A stretch of DNA of 63,932 nucleotides, the filler included, from Octopus bimaculoides (lineage: Eukaryota), in assembly GCF_001194135.2 (NCBI RefSeq). It is 6 parts of 6 records of this genome, joined end to end, with 100 filler letters (N's around TTAATTAATTAA, not from the genome) between each part and the next. Parts side by side here need not be neighbours in the genome. Positions count along the whole stretch, not along the records: positions 1 to 18,289 come from NC_068991.1; positions 18,390 to 46,593 come from NC_069004.1; 4 more parts are not named here. The stretch is one strand, 5' to 3'. How positions within the stretch are numbered: position 1 is the stretch's first letter; the number at the start of each line of letters is the position of its first letter. The notes beneath the pieces are model-generated. The model saw nothing but the letters and a program-made list of their open reading frames with translations, had not been told where the DNA came from and ran no database searches. A program made the position numbers and the translations under genes. Shown here piece after piece: positions 14,024-26,393 of the stretch.

Positions 14024-14454
14024 AAACACGTTGATATAAGTTAGTGAGTGTAAAAATCCTTGAATCTTTAATAAATGTCTTCGAAAATGAATTCATATTT
14101 ATGTAACCATTAAAGTTTATAGCAAACAGCTTACAACGTAGCACGGAGATCAAAATGGTAAACGGAAATCAAAGATTAAATTGAAAACTTTCAGAAACGT
14201 TACGTTTGTCGTGTGTTTCTGTTTTTCTTCTTGTAGATCTGTCTAATAAAAATTACAAAATAACTTTTCCGATCTATACTAGCAAATACTTAGAATGTCG
14301 TTTCTTGATCTCAGGTTGTTCTCGTTCTACAGTAATATTACAATTGGTTCGGTTAGGCAAAGGTGACAATTCAACGTCTTTATACTACAAAAATGATTGC
14401 AAGCAGGTACGAAAGAAAGGATAGACCACGCTATAGGGAAAGAACTGGAACTTC

Positions 14455-14637
14455 AATTCTATATTTAAGAGATGAGGAATTATGTACATTGTCTACATTA
14501 TTTATATTTGAAAGATATTTGTCCTCATCTCGTTTGTTGTTAACACAACGTTTCAGTTGATATACCCTCCAGCCTTTATCTGGTTCCTTGGGGAAATTTT
14601 GAACCTGGGTATTCATTCCTAAGGTATTTTTTTGATG

Positions 14638-14674
<37 letters not shown>

Positions 14675-14970
14675 CATTATCATTAAGGTCACTGCCTGAA
14701 ATTGAACTCGGAATCCTGGGGTTAGTACCCCGCGCTCTTAACCACTACGCCATATACCAGCGGACATATGGCGTAGTGGTTAAGAGTGACCTTAATACTA
14801 ATAATAATGATAACATCAGAAAAAAATTAGAAATGAGAACCCAGGTTCAAAATTTCCTCAAGTCACCTAATGAAGAATGGCGGGTATATCAGCCGAAACG
14901 TTGTGTTTACAACAAACAAGATGAGGACAAATATCCGTCAAATATAAATAATGTAAATAATGTAAATAAC
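14455..14970. mobile_element. Head-to-head inverted dimer of a tRNA-headed, hammerhead-tailed element, flanked by 13-bp direct repeats
   Basis: Direct repeat gaactggaacttc at 14442-14454 and 14971-14983. Inverted A-box heads ctcttaaccactacgccatat (14735-14755) and atatggcgtagtggttaagag (14766-14786). Each arm continues through a (TAA)n tract into a ~150-bp segment carrying a decayed HHR (14542-14587 minus; 14862-14907 plus). Confidence 0.8.
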
Positions 14971-14999
14971 GAACTGGAACTTCTTTCCATATTTCCAAA

Positions 15000-15270
15000 C
15001 ATATTTCGACAGTTTGATACCAAATTTTCTGTCTTGGATGACAGAAGAATGAGCGTGCGATTAAGATTTTGTCGTAAATTTAATCAATGTATGATTTTTG
15101 CTGTGAATCAAAGTTCAGTTACTTTGGATGCTCTGTATTATAGAAGAAAAAACTCGTTATGTAGGCTCTTACAAGAGTTTCTTCAACTGCACTCTATTAT
15201 GGTATTACGAGTGCTTCACACATATTTTGCTTCAATTGAAATAAAATAGCTGCTGAATTTTTTTTCCAAC
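15000..15270 (-). mobile_element. Possible highly decayed PLE GIY-YIG C-terminal remnant
   Basis: Broken frames AAILFQLKQN and SCKSLHNEFFLL*YRASKVTEL loosely resemble IWELKDN and CxLCLxEKxxILY of PLE endonucleases. Confidence 0.25.
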
Positions 15271-16210
15271 CGGAATGAAAAACTTTAATAGAAATTCTAA
15301 CATAGATTTATATAAAACCTATGTTTTTTTATAATAAAGTAAAATTAACTTAGGAAAGTTCCAAAGAATATTTGTAGAATCGTTCAAACCAAAAGGCTTA
15401 TATCACCGGATTTTCTATTTTTACTTCTAGATTTGGGAGCTGTGGACCTCTATTTATGTCCTATCCCACTTCAAAATTCACTATGACTAAATACTTTGTT
15501 ATAAAAATGCTAAACTTTTGCAAAGCTATTAACATTTGAGGATAACGATGGTAATCGCCTACTAACATTGAAGACTACATTTGCTGTCGGTATTTGATAG
15601 AGTATTTTAACACAATGTAATTAGATTTAGTCGCTTTATCAGCGACCAAATCTAATTTGGTGTCTACAAAATTATCATTTGCTTGCTTGCTTTCTATAGT
15701 ATGCGTGAATATGCATGCATGCATATATGTATGTATGTATGTGTGTATATATATATATATATATACACATATATATATATATANNNNNNNNNNNNNNNNN
15801 NNNNNNNNNNNNNNNNNNNNNNNNNNNNNNNNNNNNNNNNNNNNNNNNNNNNNNNNNNNNNNNNNNNNNNNNNNNNNNNNNNNNNNNNNNNNNNNNNNNN
15901 NNNNNNNNNNNNNNNNNNNNNNNNNNNNNNNNNNNNNNNNNNNNNNNNNNNNNNNNNNNNNNNNNNNNNNNNNNNNNNNNNNNNNNNNNNNNNNNNNNNN
16001 NNNNNNNNNNNNNNNNNNNNNNNNNNNNNNNNNNNNNNNNNNNNNNNNNNNNNNNNNNNNNNNNNNNNNNNNNNNNNNNNNNNNNNNNNNNNNNNNNNNN
16101 NNNNNNNNNNNNNNNNNNNNNNNNNNNNNNNNNNNNNNNNNNNNNNNNNNNNNNNNNNNNNNNNNNNNNNNNNNNNNNNNNNNNNNNNNNNNNNNNNNNN
16201 NNNNNNNNNN

Positions 16211-16253
<43 letters not shown>

Positions 16254-16609
16254 GAGAGAGAGAGAATAAGAGGGACAGCTGATCTATTATCAATTAACCA
16301 AAGCAATATGGCAGAACATCTTAAAAACAATATAATCAAAATGATTCATTTAGAAACAGAAGTTGATCGTTCCAAATGCCAGCTGTTCTTGCAATAAAAA
16401 ATCATCTCCATAGCAGCCGTGTTAGTTTTTGTATTGAAGTAAATTACCCACTATATCAATTTGAGAAGAGTTATAATTGTATGTATGATTACAGTTTAAT
16501 GTAGGTCATATACGGATTCAAGTAGGAAGCTGATTGAGACGATACAGGGACAGCGGCCCGATGTTGGCTAATTCACTAAGAACTGCAAAATACTTGAGCT
16601 TTACATCGC

Positions 16610-16800
16610 CGCTGAAGTTGCTAGAATTAGCAGTCAAATCTCCCTCAAATCTTATCCTAGTGACTTATAAAAACAATGTTTATTAACTGGATAGTATAAT
16701 TCTATGTATACTAGAAGACTAGAGATGTAATTGCTGGATCGTCTTTAACCATAGATTTTCTCACTCGTGAGTGATTTTGAGCGGAGAAAAATAACTCAGA
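16610..16800 (+). mobile_element. SINE family F (decayed)
   Basis: gctagaattagcagtcaaatctccctcaaatc head motif and decayed tail. Confidence 0.6.
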
Positions 16801-17379
16801 CTGGCTTATGCTATATATTTATATATATATATGAAGAACACAAACAAATGAAAGTATATCCGATGCCATACAACATAAATTCTTAATTTATTAAGACTAT
16901 CTCTGCCTTTCGAAGATATGTTACTACTACCAAATGTCAACTGAGACCAGCTTCATATAAGAAAAGGAGATGAAACTGAATTGAATTCTTGTTGTTTAGA
17001 GCCACTGACTATTCCTACTGAGTGGTACCTATATAGATTTGGTTAGACTTAACCTTTAGATACTTACACCAGTTATAACGGTTATTATTTTCACTGTTTT
17101 TTTTTGTGTGCTGCTAGCTAATATTTTATGTCACATAATACAATCAAGCTGTTTGTTTGCCTTAAAAAAAAAAAACTTTCAGTTTCGATTACTTTCGCAT
17201 TGTTTCATATTTAACTTTGAATATGAAGTGTGATCAAACAGAAGCGTTGTGAATGCCCGATAGTTGTAGCTGACACCATTTTAGTTGCAATGATTGATGT
17301 GGCTGTCACGAACTTATTCCATTCATGAAAAGTTCCAGATTATTCGTTTTTTTATTCAGTTTCTTTTTTTCTGAATAAA

Positions 17380-18200
17380 TAACTCTAAAATGAAAATAGA
17401 TTTCGTTCAAGACAATAGAATTGTCAAAATGGCGACATTAAAAGACAAATTTGTCTTTGTGTCGAACGTTGCACCGGTAGGTCTTGTTAAAGAAAGCTCA
17501 CACCGTTAAAAAGATATTGAAGTGTATCATCCATCGACATTATATGAATACATGCTTTGGATTTACTTTTCAGGAGTTACTGACAGATACCATATGATGT
17601 ACGTAGCGAAAATTTGTTATAGTATGGCATGGTTTCCAGAAATAGGAAACTATTTGATCATGAAACACACATCACAAAATGTAAAATCTTAACTACTTCA
17701 TAAGGTTTGTTGAGTAGGAAAATACAAGCAAATGGTTTTGTGGAAAAATAAAGAATGCAATTTTCTAATATATTCGGTTTGTTTCTCACCAGATTTTAAA
17801 AATCCTCACAAGCACAATGAAATATGCTTATAAGTGAGTTCTGTGTCAGTGTTCCATTTAAGTTTTAGATTAATGTTTATTAATGAAGCGAACAATAAAT
17901 TTCCCAAACTCTGCTATAACGAGGGAATATTGAATGTCTTTTTTAATATCAAAGAGCATGTTTCTATTGAAGTAACGTAATACAATTTTGGCATCACAAG
18001 TTGGCAAGTCGACCGATAGCAGTGGTAAATCTCTACAAACATTCATCGGTTTCATTCAAATAACTAAAGTTTACGAGGCAATGTTTATGGTGTAAAGAGC
18101 TTAAAGAAGACACCAATTATAATGTTATTATGTAAACAGTGACTGGACTGCTTGCTTTCAATGGCAGGAACCTTTATGAAGTTGTACGTCGGCTTTTTTT
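17380..18200 (-). mobile_element. Decayed CR1/L2-type LINE, RT C-terminal region
   Basis: Minus frames give RYFNRNMLFDIKKDIQYSLVIAEFGKF (cf. ILGVKKST..VYGELGRF), QDLPVQRSTQRQICLL (cf. HxLPIExGR...ERxCxLC) and, with a 1-nt shift, EIYFILE (cf. DEFHFILEC), in the expected order. Confidence 0.6.
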
Positions 18201-18252
18201 TTCAATGATGATACTTTATCCGTGGAAGATTTCGTTTCATTGACAAACAAAG

Positions 18253-18289
<37 letters not shown>

Positions 18290-18426
18290 NNNNNNNNNNN
18301 NNNNNNNNNNNNNNNNNNNNNNNNNNNNNNNNNTTAATTAATTAANNNNNNNNNNNNNNNNNNNNNNNNNNNNNNNNNNNNNNNNNNNNTATATATACAT
18401 ACCTATATATATATATATATATATAT

Positions 18427-18460
<34 letters not shown>

Positions 18461-18600
18461 TGTCTGTGTTTCTTACGTTGCACTAAAATCGATGCGCCAT
18501 TTATCGATCGAAACCAATCATCCAACACGCACACACAAACGGCAACAATAAGACGGCGAACACAAAGAATTTACTAAACAGCCTCAGTAATAACAATAAC

Positions 18601-18657
<57 letters not shown>

Positions 18658-19559
18658 CACGACAGCAACAGTGACGACTAAACAAAGAGAAATCGAAGCC
18701 ATTGAACCTGAAAATTGGTAAACTGCGTGATTCCATGTGAAAGATTTTGCAGTGAGGTCAAGGTTGTTTGAAGAACCAAAATTGCAATATATTCTTCGTG
18801 ACAACATTACATAGAAGAATAGAAGACAGACGGTCAATGAGGTCGACTCTGCATCAACATCATCGTTATCATCATCATCATCATCACCAACACAACAATT
18901 ACTACGATCAAACCACCCCTACCATCATCGTCATCATCATTAACACCACCACCGTCAGCAACACCTCACCACCACCTTGAACGAACGGAAGAGTCGCTAA
19001 ACGGTAATTCTAAATGCTAGAAACAGCAGCCAAATACCCCTAAAAAAACAACAAAACATTCCCTGTTGCCTAAAATAAAACGTAATCCCTGATATCTATC
19101 TATCTACATGCTTTTTCGTTTTGTTGTTTTCCCTTATTCTTCTGTTAATGGGCGTAGGTTCGAAACGTAAAAGACTTTTTTCCTTTTTTCCCGAGCGTCA
19201 AACTAATACACCTGCTTGTTGTTCATACACCTGTCTTCGTCTTTTTTGATTTTCTATAAATTTCAACGATCTGTTTGTCTGTTTGTCTTTATATCTATCT
19301 ATCTATCTATCTCTCTATCTATCTATCTATCTATCTAGGTGGAGTGGTCATCATTGGAATACCTAAGATCACAGACCTACATGATCAGGGTTGATCTGGG
19401 GGTTAAACGATAGTAAAAATATTAAGCATTAACATACTACGAGGCAACGAACAAAGGAAGAGGGTGAAACTTGTATGTGGTTGCTTGGACTGCTAGAAAT
19501 AGCAGCCAAAAATCTCCCTCAAATCACAACTCAGCCATCCTCTCTTAATTTTTCTATTA

Positions 19560-20925
19560 CTTGTTTCAGCACCTCGGAGGGTTTAGTCAAACAAATCGAC
19601 CCTATTGCTTTTTTTCTTTTTCTTTTTTTGCTGAAGCCTATTATTTTATTGGTTCTTTTTGCCGAACCGCTACGTTACGGGGATATAAACAAACTAACAT
19701 CGGTTGTCAAGCAGTGGTGGGGGACAAACAAACACAAAGATACACAGATATTCTCTTCTTTGTTTCAGTCATTTGACTGCGGCCATGCTGGAGCACAGCC
19801 TTTAGTTGAACAAATCGACCCCAGGACTTATTCTTTGTAAGCGTAGTACTTATTCTATAAGTCTCTTTTGCCGAACCGCTAAGTTACAGGGACGTAAACA
19901 TACCAACATCAGTTGTCAAGCGATGGTGGGGGGGGGGGACAAACACATACACATATATATACGACGGGCTTCTTTCAGTTTCCGTCTAGCAAATCCACTG
20001 ACAAGGCTTTGGTCAGCCCTAGGGGAAAGTAGAAGACACTTGTCCAAGGTACCATGCAGTGGGACTGAACCTGGAACCATGTGGTTGGGAAGCAAGCTTC
20101 TTACCACACAGTCACGCCTAGCCACACCTGTAAAAATATATAGTTTTAGCCCTTGGTAAACGATATCTGAGTGGCCGTGCGGTAAGTAGCTTGCTTACCA
20201 ACCACATGGTTCCAGGCTCAGTCCTACTGCAAAGCACCTTGGGCAAGTGTCTTCTACTATAACCTCAGTCCGACCAAAGCCTTGTGAGTGGATTTGGTAG
20301 GTGGAAACTGAGAGAAGCTCACCATATATACTCTCTTTTACTTGTTTCAGTTATTTGACTGCGGTGATGCTGGAACACCACCTTTAGTCGAGCAAATCAA
20401 CCCCAGGACTTATTCTTTGTAAGCCTAGTACTTATCTTAACGGTCTCTTTTGCCGAACCACTAAGTTACAGGGACGTAAACACACTAGCATCGGTTGTCA
20501 AGCGATGGTAGGGGACAAACAGACACATACACACACATATATATGACAGGCTTCTTTCAGTTTCTGTCTATCAAATCTACTCACAAGGCTATAGTAGAAG
20601 ACACTTGCCTAAGGTGCCAGCAGTGGGACCGAACCCGGAACCATGTGGTTGGTAAGCAAGCTACTTACCACACAGCCACTCCTACGCCTATATATATATA
20701 TATATATATTTATGTGTGTGTTTATGTGTTTTTGTGTTTGTCCCTCACTAATGCTAGACAACTGATGTTACTGTGTTTACGTCCCTGTAACTTAGCAGTT
20801 CAGCAAAAGAACCCGATACAATAAGTACCAGGCTTAAAAACAAAAATATACTGGGGTTGAGTCATTCGACTAAAAATTCAAGGCGGTGCCCCAGCATGGC
20901 CACAGCCTAATGACTGAAAAAAGAA
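19560..20925. mobile_element. Cluster of SINE family B copies, including a nested insertion
   Basis: B(-) fragment 19560-19745; full B(-) 19756-20119; B(+) head 20168-20325; full B(-) 20332-20690; B(+) tail 20700-20925. A-box TGGCTGTGTGG and B-box GGTTCAGTCC in the heads. Confidence 0.9.
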
Positions 20926-21517
20926 AAAGATAAGATACGACAGGATGGCCAGGAATGGAATATCTTTGATTATAGATCTACTGGAATGGGACTGGTCTAC
21001 GTTTAACACTAACCACCACCACCAACATCACCATCAAATAATACCACCGCCAACACCATTACCACCACTACTACTACTACCACATACCACCACCACCACC
21101 ACCACCACCACCACCATTGCAAATAGTACCAACACTACTTCTACCTATGCAACCACAATGACGATGACCACCACTACTATGGCCAACACAATATTAAGAA
21201 ATCTTGTTTGAGGTCATTCCACTTGCTATTAATAGAAGCCAGATCTTGGTCAAATTATACAGTATTGGCTTCAATAAAAAAAGAAAAATAAGGATGCCTG
21301 TAGTCCGAGATAGACTTATGTCTGCTGGATCTAACAAGAATAATTAGATATACTTTGTTTTTACAAACTATACTAAACACACACACACGTGTGTGTGTGT
21401 ATCTGTATTCTCTTCGTTTTCAATTATATATACATATATACACACACACATGTATGCAGACATATATACACACACATATCAATACATACATACATACATA
21501 CATATACACACACACAC

Positions 21518-21650
21518 AGGTGCAGACATGGCTGTGTGGTAGGAAGTTTGCTTTGCAACCACATGGTTCTGGGTTCAGTCCCACTGCGTGGCACCTTGGG
21601 AAAGTGTTTTCTACTATAGCCTCAGGCCAACCAAAGCCTTGTGAATGGTT
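21518..21650 (+). mobile_element. SINE family B head (3' truncated)
   Basis: ggtgcagacatggctgtgtggtaggaag...ggttcagtcccactgcgtggcaccttggg. Confidence 0.85.
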
Positions 21651-21656
21651 ATGGTC

Positions 21657-21839
21657 TCACTTGGCTTCTCGGGTCTTCTTAAACACAGTGGTAAACAGAC
21701 TCTCAGGTTGGACATAGTGAAAGGGTTTGCTTATGTCAAGAGCAATATCAACAACATTGCATTTGTCATACTTCCTCAAAGGTGAGAGACCACCAGCGAG
21801 TGACATAAAACCGAATAGATCTGGTTTTATCGAGACCAT
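21657..21839 (-). mobile_element. CR1/Jockey-type reverse transcriptase fragment
   Basis: ORF reads PDLFGF...DKCNVVDIALDISKPFHYV, matching the QFGF and (V)ALDISKAFDRV motifs of non-LTR RTs. Confidence 0.7.
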
Positions 21840-22439
21840 CCATTACTTTTAAGGTGTTGGCAGAGTTAGAGGGGTTAGCTTTGTCAGGGACAGAACAAAA
21901 CCGATTTTAGTGGAGTTGTTTTAGTTACTTTTGCATATAATGTATGTCTTGGGTAGGATATTAAACTGCATTTGATAATGGGACCCTGGTTCAAGAATTT
22001 TAGGGTTTTGAGAAGTATCGAACTATCACTTAGCCACTATTGTTCCTAGGCCTACTCTGACCTGGAGTAGCAACACCTGTCAGGACCCCAGCTTTGGGTT
22101 AATTAGCATGTCATAGAATTGCCTCCTGGAAAAGATCACTGACACATACCTCAATGGACCCAGGGCAGATAAGGTCCTTCAGCTCTTTAGCTGATCATCT
22201 AAGAGAAGATAACTCCAGACAACTCGTGTACCCTGATAATTACTGAGTGTGGTCTTTGTTGCACAAGGACCAGCACAAGTTTGGAGGATGAGAGAGTGGG
22301 ACTGTTTGGAGGATGAGAGAATGGGACTGGTTCTGCCCAAGCCATGCTTACCACACTAATAAACCCCCGTTGCCTTGTGGGGTAATTTATTGAACATTTA
22401 GGAAAAGGACAAGGGAGTAAACCTCTACAGAAAAATCAG

Positions 22440-22720
22440 GACCCTATGGCTGATATACATATCAGTTATATTTCACTAATAACTGGTATCTCCAGCAACT
22501 CCATGGATGTTATGAACATATTGACTTGTCTTTCGTTTGTGGTGTATCCTTGAATAGAGAAGTGGTAAATATACTTGAGGCTAGGCACTTGTTTCTGGAA
22601 ACAGGCCCAGGTACAGCACACAACTGAGGGAGTTACAGTTTCTGCAATACCACCAAGCACAAGGAAGAAGGCCAGCAACAGTGTATAAGCTGCATTGAGA
22701 AGTTTCCATGTAGGGTGGGG
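22440..22720 (-). mobile_element. Decayed RTE-like LINE C-terminal fragment
   Basis: ctacatggaaacttc (LHGNF, cf. LDGNY) followed by gttgctggagatacc (cf. GHCWRS), in RTE order. Confidence 0.4.
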
Positions 22721-22920
22721 ATGGGGTATTCAGGGTGTGTAATTCTACCAAGTAAAATCAGGATTAATTTCATCATGGGCTGATGGAAACCTGCTGCTAG
22801 TAACTAAGAAACTTAATGCTGTTGGCAGCTAAACCAGCTCCAACAAAATTGGCTCTGTGAGGAAGGCGGGTGGTTTGGTGGGGGGGGGGGCATCCATCCA
22901 GCATTTAACTATTAACTGAC

Positions 22921-23230
22921 ATTGTTGCTTATGGCAACAAGGGTTCCAGTCGATTCGATCAATGGAACAGCCCGCTCGTGAAATTAACCTGCAAGTGGTT
23001 GAGTGCTCCACAGACATGCGTACCCTTAATGTAGTTCTCAGGGAGATTCAGCTAGAGTGTAACTAGGCTGGCCCCTTTGAAATATAGATAAAACTTATTT
23101 TTTGCCAGCTGAGTGGACTGGGGTAACGTGAAATAAAATGTCTTGCTCAAGGAAACAATGTATTGATGGGAATTGAACTCACAATCTCATAATCATGAGC
23201 CAAACACTGTAACCACTAAGTCACATGCCT
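22921..23230 (-). mobile_element. CORE-type SINE (family E)
   Basis: Minus-strand tRNA head (gacttagtggttacagtg...gagttcaattccc), CORE-like ccttgagcaagacattttatttcacg, and a tail gttaatttcacgagc...ggctgttcc shared with 33140 and 53790. Confidence 0.85.
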
Positions 23231-23340
23231 TCCACTATTAACTCTTTTTGTTCCAGGTTATTTTGAAAATAATGAAGAATTTAGTGAAACACACACATGC
23301 ATATACGCATATGTATGTATACACATACACATATATATGC

Positions 23341-23480
23341 GCAGGGGTGGCTGTGTGATAAGTAGCTTGCTTACCAACCATATGGTTCCAGGTTCAGTCC
23401 CAGCTGCACGGCACCTTGGGCGAGTGTCTTCTACTATAGCCTCGGGTCAACCAAAGCCTTGTGAGTGGATTTGGTAGAGG
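23341..23480 (+). mobile_element. SINE family B head
   Basis: gcaggggtggctgtgtgataagtagcttgcttaccaacc...gtgagtggatttggtag. Confidence 0.85.
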
Positions 23481-24028
23481 AAAAGGTGAGCTTTTTGAGG
23501 AACTAACATGCGCTTGGTGATGTGGTGATGTAATGAAAAGGTCTTGAAGAGACTGCGTGATGTGTGTGTGTATACACAGACATATTTAGGTTAATCCTTG
23601 AGGTTTCTGTTAGAGTCAATTTTGATTTAGGTTTCGTGTGTGTATGTGTGATGGAAAATTAATTAATAAACATCATCTGTGTCATTTATAAATTCCTAAT
23701 TACATTGGTGTACATAAATATCAATCTATCTATATATAAATGTGTGTGTACGTATTTTTTCTTTAAAATGTTTCAGCTTCAAAGCTGCGGTCATGCTGGG
23801 GCACCACCGTTTATATCTTGTATTGTTATTCGCATACCTGGCTACCTTGGTCGCCTACTGTGAAATATATGAAATCTTTTTCCAATTTATCGTACTTTGA
23901 TACGAAAAAAATCCACAATCTTCCGTCTCAATAAACCACAATTGTCCCTGAAAATTCTTCTTTTATATTTACTACGAAATGCTTGATGTTGACTTTCTTC
24001 CTACACCTCGATCCCTGAATCTTATATA

Positions 24029-24325
24029 CATCATCATCATCATCATTTAACGTCCATTTTCCATGCTGGCATGGGTTGGATGGTTTGACTGAGGTTTGGA
24101 GAGCCAGAAGGCTGCACCAGGCTCCAATCTGATCTGGCAGAGTTTCTGCAGCTGGATGCCCTTCCTAATGCCAACCACTCCAAGAGTGTAGTGGGTGCTT
24201 TTACGTGCCACTGGCACGAGGGCCAGTCAGGCGGTACTGGCAACGGCCACGCTCAAAATGGTGTATTTTACGTGCCACCTGCACAGGAGCCAGTCCAGGG
24301 GCACTGGCAACGACCTCACACTAAA
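24029..24325 (-). mobile_element. SINE 3' part with (GAT)n tail (family C)
   Basis: (cat)n-ttaacgtccattttccatgctggcatggg; shared with 30203 and 55430-55786. Confidence 0.85.
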
Positions 24326-25201
24326 TGTGTTCATGGAGAGAAAAAAATATTGAAAACCATCAATATATGTCAGAGTGATTAAGAAACGAGGAACGTATCA
24401 GGTGGTCGTGAGATGTGCTAAAAATAACAGCTACATCGCCCTTAAATCACACACAAAGAAACCCATTTTTTTTTTCATATGAATTCCCATGTATAGAAAA
24501 CAATTTAGCAAAAAAATTTTCTGAAAATTCCAAAAAATGAAAAAAACTACGAGGGGTTATATAGAGAGGGGGGGATGTGTCTTAAACCAGAATTCCGCCA
24601 ATAGTTCTTGCAGATAGGAAGGGAGGATTTAGCGTTATTGACTTTCAGCCTTGCGCAATTTTCCTGATTTGCAATATCTACCAAGAACTGACTCTGCCCT
24701 TCCGTTCCTCGAAAATCGATACAATAACTTCCCATTTTGTATCCTATACGATTCCATGATATCAATTTAACCCCCCATCCATCACCTCCTGCAAAAGAAT
24801 TTATGGCCTCGTGCCATGGTAAGGAATCTTTGTCGATCATATATAATTACGAAAACAATTCTTGAGTTCTTGAGAAATGGTAAATGTGAGTGCCTCAGCA
24901 AAATAAATAAAGCAGCTCCGAGTTGTATCGGAAAATGGAAAAGATAAATAAATAGATATACAACCTCAACGCGGTTTCGATACTGAACAGGATTCGTTTC
25001 GCTTCACTTCACTTGGTTTAAGTAAGGGAGGATGGAGAAAGGGAAGGAGATGGCGTGAAGGGAAAGGCATTAACAACACGACTTCCTCTTTCGTTTTAGA
25101 AGACCCCCGAATATGCATACGCACAAATATATATACAAAATATACGATTTTGTATGCATACACAATATAAATACACACGCATATATACACAATATATATA
25201 C

Positions 25202-25246
<45 letters not shown>

Positions 25247-26131
25247 ATAATATTAGGGATAAAAATCCAGAATTACAGGTAAAAACTCAATTAAAATCAA
25301 TTTATTAAAAATTAAAATTAAATCAAGTTTCACAGTATTAAATATATATCGAGTTCATGAACCTTGGTTCTTTTCCCTAAAACTATACACACACACACAC
25401 NNNNNNNNNNNNNNNNNNNNNNNNNNNNNNNNNNNNNNNNNNNNNNNNNNNNNNNNNNNNNNNNNNNNNNNNNNNNNNNNNNNNNNNNNNNNNNNNNNNN
25501 NNNNNNNNNNNNNNNNNNNNNNNNNNNNNNNNNNNNNNNNNNNNNNNNNNNNNNNNNNNNNNNNNNNNNNNNNNNNNNNNNNNNNNNNNNNNNNNNNNNN
25601 NNNNNNNNNNNNNNNNNNNNNNNNNNNNNNNNNNNNNNNNNNNNNNNNNNNNNNNNNNNNNNNNNNNNNNNNNNNNNNNNNNNNNNNNNNNNNNNNNNNN
25701 NNNNNNNNNNNNNNNNNNNNNNNNNNNNNNNNNNNNNNNNNNNNNNNNNNNNNNNNNNNNNNNNNNNNNNNNNNNNNNNNNNNNNNNNNNNNNNNNNNNN
25801 NNNNNNNNNNNNNNNNNNNNNNNNNNNNNNNNNNNNNNNNNNNNNNNNNNNNNNNNNNNNNNNNNNNNNNNNNNNNNNNNNNNNNNNNNNNNNNNNNNNN
25901 NNNNNNNNNNNNNNNNNNNNNNNNNNNNNNNNNNNNNNNNNNNNNNNNNNNNNNNNNNNNNNNNNNNNNNNNNNNNNNNNNNNNNNNNNNNNNNNNNNNN
26001 NNNNNNNNNNNNNNNNNNNNNNNNNNNNNNNNNNNNNNNNNNNNNNNNNNNNNNNNNNNNNNNNNNNNNNNNNNNNNNNNNNNNNNNNNNNNNNNNNATA
26101 TATATATATATATATATATAAATATATATAA

Positions 26132-26393
26132 AATAATGTTTTATAAGTGATCACCGTGCATTCACTATGGTAAACAGTCCAATATTGGGGCTTATGAACC
26201 CTCGACGGAAAAAAGTGGATTTTCCATACGCATGGAACTCTATGTATTCGCGAATACATAGAGGTGTGGGTTCGATTCCCATGCGTACGGCAAACCCTAT
26301 TTTTTTTTCCTGCCGAGGGCTTATATATCTCATGTTGGACTGTTTACCTTAGTCAATGCACAGTGATCGCTTATAAGCTTATAAAATATTATT
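26132..26393. repeat. ~260-bp imperfect palindrome with a perfect 26-bp core and a tRNA-like B-box in one arm
   Basis: Core ctctatgtattcg|cgaatacatagag (26238-26263). Arms align over ~115-140 nt (e.g. gtgcattcactatggtaaacagtccaa / ttggactgtttaccttagtcaatgcac). The right arm has ggttcgattccc. Confidence 0.9.

Noticed and set aside
14735-14786. tRNA genes at SINE heads (here and at 32852, 34360 and 39610)
   Set aside because: No complete cloverleaf or acceptor stem, and each continues into a repeat body; these are tRNA-derived SINE promoters.
17429-17476. Apparent first exon MATLKDKFVFVSNVAP (caaaATGGCG start, ccg|gtaggt donor), plus exon-like 17785-17830
   Set aside because: Downstream candidates do not join in frame, and the region is explained on the opposite strand by ordered LINE C-terminal motifs.
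18334-18345. TTAATTAATTAA islands inside N gaps (also 46638, 53427, 59481 and 61977)
   Set aside because: Identical 12-mer centred in fixed-size gaps, with stops in all six frames; an assembly gap spacer, not biology.
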